Made by a program: the position numbers and the translations under genes
The notes under the pieces: model-generated
What the model was told of the DNA's origin: nothing
The model's database searches: none
What the model saw: the letters and a program-made list of their open reading frames with translations, nothing else
In this document: positions 30,275 to 39,284 of the stretch, piece by piece
Position numbering within the stretch: the first letter of the stretch is position 1
How the letters are laid out: each line of letters starts with the position of its first letter
DNA from: Actinomycetota bacterium
Lineage (GTDB): Bacteria > Actinomycetota > Geothermincolia > Geothermincolales > RBG-13-55-18
DNA: 64,000 nucleotides
Reading direction: 5' to 3'
Assembly: GCA_013178005.1 (NCBI GenBank)
Contig: JABLXL010000045.1
Coordinates: forward strand, 4,438 to 68,437

Positions 30275-30973
30275 TTATCCCTCATCGCGGGCCGGCTTTT
30301 TCGTCCCGGCCGACGTCCTCTGGGCTCCCGATGTCCCCATAACCGGCTCGAGGATGGGCTTGAGCACATGCTCCACGAAGGCGGGATTCTCCCTCACCGC
30401 CCTTGTCGCCGCCTGGACGAAGCCGTGGACGGCCGATTCCGGATCCTGGGCGCGCTCCGCGGCCCCCGCCATCCACGCCCCCAGGCGCTCATCGAGTCTC
30501 GCGCCGGAGGCCGCGTCGGAGTATGCCCGGCTGAAATCCTCCGCCATGGCCGACAGCCCGCGCCTGAGAACGCTCTCTTTGTTCGATATTCCCAGGGAAA
30601 GGACCATGGAAACCAGCCCGCCGGCGGCCTCTCCCGCCGCCGCACCGTCGATTCCCGCCACCACCTGGTTGAGGAAATCCTGCAGCAGGGGAGGGGGCAT
30701 GGTGTTCATCTGGTTGGCCACCTCCGCCAGGGCTTCGCTGATCACGTTGATGAGGGAGGGGAGGCTGCCCATGAGGGAGAGCAGGAGGCCGGGGTCCTGC
30801 CAGAAAAGGGTGCGCACCAGCCTCCTGGCCGAGGGTGGATCGATGGAATTGAGCAGTATGACCAGGGTCTCCTTGAACTTGGGGGTGCGGATCAGCTCGC
30901 GCAGGATGCGATCCGCGGCGTCAATCAACCCCCTGGTATCCACGACGGCAGCGGCTTCGGTATCGTCTTTCAT
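30275..30973 (-). CDS. Hypothetical helical protein; paralog of 29581-30258
   Basis: GAGGTG RBS; ILRELIRTPKFKE, LFWQDPG, MPPPLLQD, GID. Confidence 0.75.
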   Translation of the reverse strand: MKDDTEAAAVVDTRGLIDAADRILRELIRTPKFKETLVILLNSIDPPSARRLVRTLFWQDPGLLLSLMGSLPSLINVISEALAEVANQMNTMPPPLLQDFLNQVVAGIDGAAAGEAAGGLVSMVLSLGISNKESVLRRGLSAMAEDFSRAYSDAASGARLDERLGAWMAGAAERAQDPESAVHGFVQAATRAVRENPAFVEHVLKPILEPVMGTSGAQRTSAGTKKPARDEG

Positions 30974-31370
30974 TTTTCTCACCTCACAGCTTCTCGCGTT
31001 GGCGGAAGCGGTTTGCCGCCTCCGCGTACCCTGGCTACCCCATGCCCACCGTGTGCGCCCGTACTCGTGGGCCACCCCTTATATCGACGCTCCCTCTGCC
31101 TCGCCAGGCCGGCCGGCGAAGGACACCCCCTGCGGACGACGCAGCCAAAGAGCTGAAATAACCAGGCCGCGTTTTCGGTGGCGCCTGATTCCCGGTCGGG
31201 ACGCCTCCCATTCCCGCGGGAAAGGAGGCGGCTCCTCGGGGCGCCTCGCCCCGTCCATCCGTTCCGCCCGCCATCTACGGCCGTCTCCTCCGAAACTCTC
31301 GAAGCCGACGGATCACAACCCCTACCGGCGCCCCCTTTCCCCGAGCTTTAGCCCTCGGGTCCTCCGTCCG

Positions 31371-32603
31371 TTATAGGGTCACGGTATCGTAGAACCAGCG
31401 CGCGAAGTCGTGCTTGGCCAGCTCATAAGCGCCGAGGTGGCATTGCATCGCCTTCACGTCGCGCCAGTAACGCTCCAGTTGCCATTCCTTGGCATAGCCC
31501 GCGGAGGCCATGAGCTCCATGGTGCGGTTGATGGCATGCTCCGCCGAGGCGCATGCCTGGTGGGCGAGCATGAGGGCCATGGTGTAAAGGGCCTGCGAGC
31601 CGTCTCCGCCGTATTCTCCCGCTTCGGAGAGCATCCCGGCCAGCTCGTAGGCGAGCAGCCGCACCACGCTGGTATCCTTGGCGACCTCCCCCATGACGGC
31701 CGCGGTAAGTGGGTTGTCCTTGAAGATGTGGTCCTTGCCCTTGATCACGCGGTTGTCCCCCCACTCCCTGATGATCTCGTAGTTCGCTAGGAGCGCCCCG
31801 GAGGCTGTCGCCGCCACCCCCAGGTAATACCAGGAAAGCAGGCGGAAGGTCCCTTCGTTCCCGCGCCAAGCGCAGTTCGCGTCGGGCACCGTGGCTTCCA
31901 GGCGCTCCAGGTCCGCGTTGCGGCTGGCCGCGAGCCCGGTTTTCTTGAGCTCTGTGCCGCGTGCGATGCCCGGCGTGTCTCCCGGCACGAGAATGAAGGC
32001 GGGATCCCCGTCCGCCACCGCGCACCACGCGCCGAATAGGTCCGCGTCCAGGCCGCAGCAGGTGGGCCGGACCATTCTCCCGCTCACCTTCCACGCGTTG
32101 CCTGATGGCGCCGCTACAACCTGGAAGCCCTTTCCCCTCCACTCCGGCGCGCCCTCCTCTTCGGTGAGCGCGGGAAGGATGAAGGAGACCCGAACCGGCC
32201 TGTCGCCCGAGCAGAACAGGGAGGCGAATGCGGCGCAGGTTTCCTCACGGCGCGCGCCCTCCTGGGCCAGGGCGGCCTGCAGGGCGAGGCTGTGGGCGGC
32301 CAGGAAGGCCAGCCCCGTATCCGCCCTGCCGATCTGCTCCAGGGCGGCGACCACCGTGTACGCCGCGTCCGGGCCGTTATGGCCTTCGCCCCCGTGCTCC
32401 TCCGGCCAGAACATCTTCTGCAGCCCGATCTCCGACATGATCCTGGCGAAGGAAGGCGCCAGGAGCTGCTCGTAGTCCTCCTTCAGTTCGAGGCGCTTGT
32501 CCATGATCTCCTTCTCGACCAGGGCCTGGAGGGTCGCGGCCAGGTCCAGGTCGGCCTTGTCGAGCCTCTTCCTCGGAAAGGGAATGATCTCCATAGCGTT
32601 CAT
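31371..32603 (-). CDS. Acyl-CoA dehydrogenase family protein, degenerate subunit
   Basis: EQIGRADTG, WKVSG, KTGLAASRNAD, ASAGYAKEWQLERYWRDVK; no obvious catalytic Glu. Confidence 0.85.
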   Translation of the reverse strand: MNAMEIIPFPRKRLDKADLDLAATLQALVEKEIMDKRLELKEDYEQLLAPSFARIMSEIGLQKMFWPEEHGGEGHNGPDAAYTVVAALEQIGRADTGLAFLAAHSLALQAALAQEGARREETCAAFASLFCSGDRPVRVSFILPALTEEEGAPEWRGKGFQVVAAPSGNAWKVSGRMVRPTCCGLDADLFGAWCAVADGDPAFILVPGDTPGIARGTELKKTGLAASRNADLERLEATVPDANCAWRGNEGTFRLLSWYYLGVAATASGALLANYEIIREWGDNRVIKGKDHIFKDNPLTAAVMGEVAKDTSVVRLLAYELAGMLSEAGEYGGDGSQALYTMALMLAHQACASAEHAINRTMELMASAGYAKEWQLERYWRDVKAMQCHLGAYELAKHDFARWFYDTVTL

Positions 32604-32652
32604 CGCCTACCCCCGCTGTCTTTCATGGTGGCTTCCTCTCCCATGGCGCGGC

Positions 32653-33927
32653 TCAAAGGGTTTCGCACTCGTAGAACCAGCGGGCCACTTCGATCTGGCA
32701 AAGCTGTTTCGAGCCCTCCACGAGCTGCAATATCTTGAGGTCTCTCCAGTGCTTCTCCACGTCCCAGTCGCGATCCGTCCCGTAGGCCTCCATGAGGTTC
32801 ATCACCCTGCCGGTGACGTCGATAAAGCGATCCATGGCCAGGTAACGCTGGGCGCGCATCTTGGCGACGAGGCGCGGGTGCCATAATGGGCCGTAGAGGT
32901 CATGGCGGTCACACATGCGCGCGCACTGGTAGCCCACTATGCGGATGTTCTCGATGTTGGCCGCGAAATCGGCCAGCAGGCCCGCCACGCCGTCGTCCTC
33001 CTTGAGGGGCTTGCCGCGGTAGCGCTTGCGGCTGGTGTATTCCGACAGGCGTTCGTAGATGTTCATCATTGCTCCGGATATCCAGGCGATGATGCCCATG
33101 TTGCCCGTGGCCATAACCTCCCCGAAGTACTTGGCGTCGTCGCCGGGGCCGATGGCGCGGTACCAGAGGGGAACCCGCACGTTCTCGAACCAGATGTCCG
33201 AGTTCATGTCCGCGGCCATGCCCGCCTTTTCGTAGGGCGGCCCCTGGGTGACCCCGGGCATGTCGTCCTTGACGAAGATGACGGCGATGTCGCGCGGGTC
33301 GTCGGAACCGGGGTTGGTGGTGCACACCACCGCCATGAGCTTGGCCAGGCCGCCGGTGTTGGAGGGCCAGAGTTTGTGGCCGTTGATCACCCACTCGTCG
33401 CCGTCCTTCACCGCCGTGGTCTGTATGGTGGTGCCCTTGACGATCTCAACGTTCTCGATGTCCGATCCTCCCTGGGGCTCGGTCATGCAAAGGGCCGCGA
33501 AAACCGGCTCGGTGGTCTCGCAGAACATGGGCGCGAATTCCTCCAGCAGCCTGCGGTTCTCGTGGGGCTCCAGGGCGATGAAGAGGAAGGGCCAGAAAAG
33601 GGCGCCGAAGGCCAGGGCCATACCGGAGTCGGCGCGCGCTATCTCCTCGAACATGCGGAAGGCGGCCACGCACATGTAGTTCGACCTCCCCATCCCCCAA
33701 CCCCCGAGGTCCTCGGGGAAGATCATGCGCTGCAGGCCGTACTCTCCCAGGAGCTTCTTGAAGGGTGGGTGGATGAGGTGGTGCTCACGGTAGTCCTCGT
33801 CGAACTGCCTGCGGTAGGGGATGACCTCCTTTTCCACCCACTCGCGGAATATGGAACCCAACAGGCCGTCCATGGGCGAGATATATTCCAGGGGTCGCGT
33901 AAAGTCGTCGATGCTCCTCATCCACAT
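32653..33927 (-). CDS. Acyl-CoA dehydrogenase
   Basis: EEIARADSG, CMTEPQGGSD, WVINGHKLW, FENVRVP, VEKHWRDLKILQLVEG. Confidence 0.92.
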   Translation of the reverse strand: MWMRSIDDFTRPLEYISPMDGLLGSIFREWVEKEVIPYRRQFDEDYREHHLIHPPFKKLLGEYGLQRMIFPEDLGGWGMGRSNYMCVAAFRMFEEIARADSGMALAFGALFWPFLFIALEPHENRRLLEEFAPMFCETTEPVFAALCMTEPQGGSDIENVEIVKGTTIQTTAVKDGDEWVINGHKLWPSNTGGLAKLMAVVCTTNPGSDDPRDIAVIFVKDDMPGVTQGPPYEKAGMAADMNSDIWFENVRVPLWYRAIGPGDDAKYFGEVMATGNMGIIAWISGAMMNIYERLSEYTSRKRYRGKPLKEDDGVAGLLADFAANIENIRIVGYQCARMCDRHDLYGPLWHPRLVAKMRAQRYLAMDRFIDVTGRVMNLMEAYGTDRDWDVEKHWRDLKILQLVEGSKQLCQIEVARWFYECETL

Positions 33928-34108
33928 CTCCCTCCAGCCGGCGGCTTACGGTACGGATAGGCGGCTTGTTTCCGGGGGAGACCACGGCTTGCGAAGCCGA
34001 GATGTAAGAACCCCTCCCTGTCCAGAAAGGCTCCGCAGCCGCTTGGCGTATGGCAACGTAAGCCGAGAGCATTCACGCCGGCTGTCGGAGCGAGACCGCC
34101 ATGGGCAA

Positions 34109-34137
34109 ATATTATGACCGGGGTCAGTTTTTGTCAA
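34109..34137 (-). promoter_or_regulatory. Sigma70-type promoter of the acyl-CoA cluster with palindromic operator TGACCGGGGTCA (34115-34126) in the spacer
   Basis: TTGACA (34137-34132), N17, TAATAT; the palindrome sits between the two boxes. Confidence 0.7.
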
Positions 34138-34546
34138 TACGCTTCCCGTGCCCGGATGATAGGTTGGCCCCCCGTTTTTTCAGCCTGGAAAGCGCCTGAC
34201 CGAGACGATACAGCATCCCTGTGCCTGGCAGAGGTTTTTCAGCGCTTCTCGCCCGATTATAAAAAAGTATGCGAGAAGCCTCGAAACCGGGCATTATCCT
34301 GCAGGTCGGCCCATACCATGCCCCATGCTGTGGAGCTGGAAGGGCGCTTTAGCCGGCAATGTTTTCGGGGGCCGTGGAAGCGCTCGAGGAAAAGAGGGGA
34401 ATTGTTGCGAAAAATATGAACAGTATGGTTTACGCAAAGGCGGAGTCATTGCCATTAAGGCATGGTCCAGGGCGAACGCGATGGATGGACCTTTCCTGGT
34501 GTGATTTATGCCGTTCCATGCCCATGAACCACACGAGCCGTTTTCG

Positions 34547-35635
34547 TCAAGACGGCTTAATGGAGAGGGCGAGCGTCCCTCCATCGATGGAATAATCGAA
34601 GGTCGAATCCAGGCCGGAATCGTACTCCCACATTGCCACCAGGCGTCCCGCGAGCAAGGGCGCGATGAAGGCGTTTTTCACCACGATCTCCGTGGTGCCC
34701 CCCTCTCTTCGTAAGGACTCGAGGTATCCAAGGCCGCGAAGAGCCAAGTGACTCCTCAGCTCGGATTCCTGTAATGGATCAGACATTGAGTCCTGCCCCT
34801 TCTGCGCCCTGGCCAGCTTTCTTTTATACAAGCGGCGCTCGGCCTCCAGGAAGACCTCGGCCGTGGTCCCTCCCAGCTCGAGGTCGAATTCCCTTATCAA
34901 GGAATGCAGGAGATATAGGCCGGGGAAAACCATCCGCTCCCCCCCGGCTTTTTCCACCAGCAAGCCGTCTTCCAGCTTCCACGCAAACGAATCTCCCAGT
35001 GCGCTGGGCGCTCCGCAGCGCCCGCAGGTCGGAAGGATTTCTCCCTCGAGCTTGTCTGGTACGAGCCTGGAGGGGGCCAGGCGCTCATAAGCCTCCTCCT
35101 CGACGGCACCTTGAGCCTGTCGCGCCTCCATCGAGTAGGCGCCGTCCTCTTCCCCAAGGTCGTAGAGAACGGGCAGGTTGTATATCGCCCTCATGGCGCC
35201 GACCACCATGGCCGAAACGAGGAAGACATTGAAGGGGTTCTCTATGCGCACCCTGACCCTGCGCTTCCCCTGGCCGCCTTTCTGCCCGAGCAAGGTTATA
35301 TTCCCTGCCCCGACCGCCCTCGCCAGTTTCGCGCTGGCTTCGTAGGCGAGACGGTGCAAGGGCCACCTCTTGAGCAACCTGAACAACGCCGGGTGCGCGT
35401 TGATGGCGTCCCCGACCACGCCTTCCGCCGCGTTTGCCGCGGCCTTGAAAACCAGGTCGTCGACGCTGATGCCCAGGAGGGAGCCGACCTCGTCGATCAG
35501 GGAATTCATCGACGCCGCCTCGTAGAGGAATAAATTGGCATTGCCGCTGGCCCTGTCCACGATGCAGCCCTCTTCCCAGGCATGTGACTTGGTAAGAGCC
35601 TTGGGAACCCCGCAAGCGTTGCATGACTCATTCAT
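34547..35635 (-). CDS. Hypothetical protein with two internal CxxCG-initiated domains (possibly V4R-like)
   Basis: SCNACGVP..L...HAW and TCGRCGAP..L...FAW halves; GGAGG RBS. Confidence 0.65.
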   Translation of the reverse strand: MNESCNACGVPKALTKSHAWEEGCIVDRASGNANLFLYEAASMNSLIDEVGSLLGISVDDLVFKAAANAAEGVVGDAINAHPALFRLLKRWPLHRLAYEASAKLARAVGAGNITLLGQKGGQGKRRVRVRIENPFNVFLVSAMVVGAMRAIYNLPVLYDLGEEDGAYSMEARQAQGAVEEEAYERLAPSRLVPDKLEGEILPTCGRCGAPSALGDSFAWKLEDGLLVEKAGGERMVFPGLYLLHSLIREFDLELGGTTAEVFLEAERRLYKRKLARAQKGQDSMSDPLQESELRSHLALRGLGYLESLRREGGTTEIVVKNAFIAPLLAGRLVAMWEYDSGLDSTFDYSIDGGTLALSIKPS

Positions 35636-35825
35636 CGCACATCCCCTCCCTGCTGAGACCTCCCTGCTGCTATCGAATATCGTCTGGCGCGCAAAAGGGC
35701 TTGAGTCCATGAAGTCGCCAAGTTCCGGTGGCTGGAAGGAAATGGGATTTGGAGAGCCCTTCTCCTGTTACTGGCTCCGGTGTGGCCGTCGAAACGTCTG
35801 GATGGTAGAAATCACCGGGCAAGGC

Positions 35826-36524
35826 CTACCGCCGGCCCTTGCTTCGCTCGCCCCCGTTCTTTCCCTTGGGGCTCGAGGAAGCGCCGTTCTTTGCTCCCTG
35901 GATCAGGAGGTCGATTGAGGAGGAGAAGACATGGTCCATGCCGGAAGGATCGATGACCACCAGGTCGTCCAGGAGGGCGAGCTCGACCAGGCTGGTGGCC
36001 AGCCTCCAGCACATGAGGCTGAAGGCATAGGGGTCGAGTTGTGGGGAGAAGGCCCCGCGCTCCATTCCCTCCCGCACCATACCGGCGCCGTTTTCCAGCC
36101 ATCCCTTGATGTATCGTTCGATCCTCTCTATGGTGGTCTGCGAGAGGTTGTGGCGCACTTGCTCGATGAACGTGTCACGCAACACGCGGAAAAGCGCCGG
36201 TTCCTCCAGCGCGTACTCGATGTAGGCGAGATAGACGGCTCGAATCCTCTCCTCGAAATCGGCGGCCTCGTCGTACGCCCTGGTGAGCCTTTCCCCGTAG
36301 CCGGCGAGGCCCATCAGGCACACGGAAAGGTAGAGCTCCTCCTTGCTCTTGAAATACAGGTAAACGCCGCCCTTGGAGAGCCCCGCCTTTTCCGCCACCT
36401 CCTGGATGGTGGTGTTGCGGTAACCCTTCTCCGAGAACAGCTCCTCCGCGGCCGCGAGCACCGCGCTCCTGCGCTCCTGCTTCTTCGCTTCCCGGCGCGG
36501 AATTTCCTTGGTTGGCATGGTCAT
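35826..36524 (-). CDS. TetR/AcrR-family transcriptional regulator
   Basis: AAEELFSEKGYRNTTIQEVAEKAGLSKGGVYLYFKSKEEL. Confidence 0.95.
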   Translation of the reverse strand: MTMPTKEIPRREAKKQERRSAVLAAAEELFSEKGYRNTTIQEVAEKAGLSKGGVYLYFKSKEELYLSVCLMGLAGYGERLTRAYDEAADFEERIRAVYLAYIEYALEEPALFRVLRDTFIEQVRHNLSQTTIERIERYIKGWLENGAGMVREGMERGAFSPQLDPYAFSLMCWRLATSLVELALLDDLVVIDPSGMDHVFSSSIDLLIQGAKNGASSSPKGKNGGERSKGRR

Positions 36525-36620
36525 CGTCCCCCTTCCGCCGCTGTTCCCGTCCGCCGACCAGGCCTGAGACCGTCGCTCAAGAGCTTGCCGACGGGGCCGA
36601 GAAGGGCCCGTCGAAAAAAT

Positions 36621-36632
36621 TGACTACGGTCA
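36621..36632. promoter_or_regulatory. Palindromic putative TetR operator TGACTACGGTCA
   Basis: TGAC-N4-GTCA between divergent tetR and the ferredoxin gene; same pattern as 34115-34126. Confidence 0.5.
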
Positions 36633-36785
36633 TAAATTATGCCACAGTCTGCTATTATTCAAGGGGCGGACGGCGGTCGAAGAGCGAAGGGGGCGGTGCG
36701 GCCCAGGGGCTCGCGCGCCGGACCCGTCCACGTGAAGCATAAAATCCGGCATGAGGCGCAGGAGAGCCAGAACGGGAGGGGTGAG

Positions 36786-37685
36786 ATGGTAAAGGAATCC
36801 ACCAAAAAGGTCTTTCGCCTCCACGGGTGGAGGGTGGACCGGGCGATCCACTATTACATCTACTTTCTTTTTTACGACATCTACGTCAGGGTTGCGCTGT
36901 ACGCCACCAAGGCCATCGTGGCGTTGTTCTCGCGCCTGGAGGCCACCAAGTACGTTCCCAAGTTCATCTTCGACCGCTACCATGCCAAGGTGCTCTCGCG
37001 TTCCGACGTTACCAAGATCCTGGACCTCGAGGAGACGGTCATGCTGGGACCTGACACCACGGGAAGGATCGTGCCCTTCAAGTACGCCAACAAGATCGTG
37101 CTGCGAGAGCCCACGCACCTGGCGGTCATGGACTGCCCCTGCAAGAAAGAGCTGAAGGACCCCTGCCAGCCCCTGGCTTCCTGCATAGCGGTGGGCAGGC
37201 CGGTGGTGGACTTCTGGATGGAGCACTGCCAGAGGCACCACGTGAGGCGCATCACCAAGGAGGAGGCCCTGGAGATCATAGACCAGCACCGCCGCAGCGG
37301 CCATATCAACCAGGCCTTCTTCAAGGTGGCGACGGGGGGCAGTATGGGAGTGATATGCAATTGCTGCCCCAAGTGCTGCGTCTCCATGCGCGCCACCGAG
37401 CTGGCTCAACGCATCAAGGGCGCGGAGGGGATTTCCATGTACGCCCCCTCCGGGTACACCACCCGGCATGACGCCGGGAAATGCGAGCTGTGCGGCGAAT
37501 GCGTCAAGGCCTGCAATTTCGGGGCGATCGAGATAGTGGACGGCGTCCGCGTGTATCACGCCGAGAGGTGCTACGGCTGCGAGCTGTGCGTGGAGAACTG
37601 CCCCAACGGGGCGCTGGAGCTGGTGCTGGAGGAAGGCGGGCTTATTCCCCTGGACATTGATTTGGTGAAACAGAAACTGGGCTGA
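36786..37685 (+). CDS. 4Fe-4S dicluster protein, paralog of 23339-24235
   Basis: FRLHGWRVDRA, MDCPC, CNCCPKCC, CELCGECVKAC, CYGCELCVENC. Confidence 0.88.
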   Translation: MVKESTKKVFRLHGWRVDRAIHYYIYFLFYDIYVRVALYATKAIVALFSRLEATKYVPKFIFDRYHAKVLSRSDVTKILDLEETVMLGPDTTGRIVPFKYANKIVLREPTHLAVMDCPCKKELKDPCQPLASCIAVGRPVVDFWMEHCQRHHVRRITKEEALEIIDQHRRSGHINQAFFKVATGGSMGVICNCCPKCCVSMRATELAQRIKGAEGISMYAPSGYTTRHDAGKCELCGECVKACNFGAIEIVDGVRVYHAERCYGCELCVENCPNGALELVLEEGGLIPLDIDLVKQKLG

Positions 37686-38339
37686 TACCGCGCCCTATGG
37701 CGCGCTCGGCGCTTAAAGGTTGCCGCGGGCCTCAGCAATGCATACAATTATAACAGAATAACTAGATGGCAGTAGCCCTGGGATAGCGCGGGAGCGCGAA
37801 GAATGCGCTCCTGAAGATTCGCCCGGCGGGGCGCCTTCGCCGGGATGGAAGCGTCGATATCGTAAGCCATAGACATACGACCCTCGCAGGGTCTGGTCCG
37901 CGAGAAGCGGGATGGATCTTGGAGGGTCTTTTAATTTGCCGTTTCGATTTGTCCCTATGTTCGGCAGGGTTCCAGCGGAAAAGAGGCGAGGGCCATGCCT
38001 TCGCTTATCGATTCCGCCGTTTCGCAATGCGGATACGCGCCCTCTATGGGAACGGAAAGGCGAAGACAGGACCCCGATCCCGCGGGGTTCTTGGGGAAGA
38101 GGCGACAGCTTCATCTTACCAGGCGCTTGGGGCGCAAGCCGACGAAGCGCGCCGGAGAGCCACATTTCCGACCATGCGGCACCTGGATTACTTACATTCC
38201 CTGGGCGAGGCTTGCGCTGCATGCGTGACGGAAAGCCGTGGCATGTTTCGCCGCCTGATCACCTCACGGGAAACGTTAGGGCTCCCGGCAGGAGAGGCGA
38301 TCTCGGCGCTGCGATCCTTCCGTGGAGAGAGGTGACGGG

Positions 38340-39278
38340 ATGACCATATACCATGTGCTGAAACGCTTGTTTCATCTGGTCCCCGTGCTGCTCGTGGTAT
38401 CGGCCGTCACCTTCGGTTTGATATACCTGGCGCCTGGCGACCCGGCGGTTATGGCCCTGCGTGCCGCAGGAATGGAGCCGGATGCGGAGGCCGTGGAACA
38501 GATAAGGCATGACCTCGGCCTTGATGACCCGGTCTTGGTGCAATACTTCAGGTGGCTATGGCGCACGTTGCATGGGGATCTGGGCAGGTCGATACGGACG
38601 GGAAAGGAGGTATCCGGCGAACTGCTGGGACGTTTTCCCGCCACCATGGCGCTGGCGCTTGCAGCCCTGGCCATCGCGATGCTCCTGTCGTTTCCGCTGG
38701 GGGTCCTCGCGGCGGTGAGGAAGGGGTCCGTTATGGATCACGCGAGCCGAGTGATGTCTCTGGCAGGCGCGTCCATCCCCGGTTTTTTCCTTGGAATACT
38801 TCTCATACAGATTTTTGCGGTGAAGTTGAAGGTGCTGCCGGTCATGGGTTACGGCGGTTGGCGGCATCTCGTCTTGCCGGCCATTACCCTGGGATTGGGC
38901 ATGGCGGCTGTCTATACCCGTATGCTCCGAGCGGGCGTACTTGAGATACTGGGGGAAGATTTCATACGCGTCGCGCGCGCCAAGGGATTGAGCGAGGCGA
39001 GGGTGGTGGGCAAGCATACCATCAGGAACGCCATCCTGCCCACCATGACGCTGGTGGGCACCGGGTTCGGCTATCTGCTGGGCGGCGCGGTGATCGTGGA
39101 AACCATCTTCGTGTGGCCTGGCGTCGGGAAACTCGCCGTTGATGCCATATTCAACCGTGATTACCCCGTGGTGCAGGGGTATGCGCTGCTCATGACCCTG
39201 GTGTTCGTTCTGGTGAACATGGCGGTCGATATCGCCTACACGGTTGTGGACCCGCGCGTACGCGTGGCGGCGGAATGA
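38340..39278 (+). CDS. Peptide/nickel ABC transporter permease (DppB/NikB-like)
   Basis: APGDPA, GDLGRS, EDFIRVARAKGLSE (EAA), IVETIFVWPGVG, RDYPVVQG. Confidence 0.93.
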   Translation: MTIYHVLKRLFHLVPVLLVVSAVTFGLIYLAPGDPAVMALRAAGMEPDAEAVEQIRHDLGLDDPVLVQYFRWLWRTLHGDLGRSIRTGKEVSGELLGRFPATMALALAALAIAMLLSFPLGVLAAVRKGSVMDHASRVMSLAGASIPGFFLGILLIQIFAVKLKVLPVMGYGGWRHLVLPAITLGLGMAAVYTRMLRAGVLEILGEDFIRVARAKGLSEARVVGKHTIRNAILPTMTLVGTGFGYLLGGAVIVETIFVWPGVGKLAVDAIFNRDYPVVQGYALLMTLVFVLVNMAVDIAYTVVDPRVRVAAE

Positions 39279-39284
39279 AGGAAA

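Noticed and set aside
37686-38339. Short ORFs (37919-38335, 37995-38228) or a riboswitch upstream of the ABC permeases
   Set aside because: No recognisable protein motif or riboswitch consensus.
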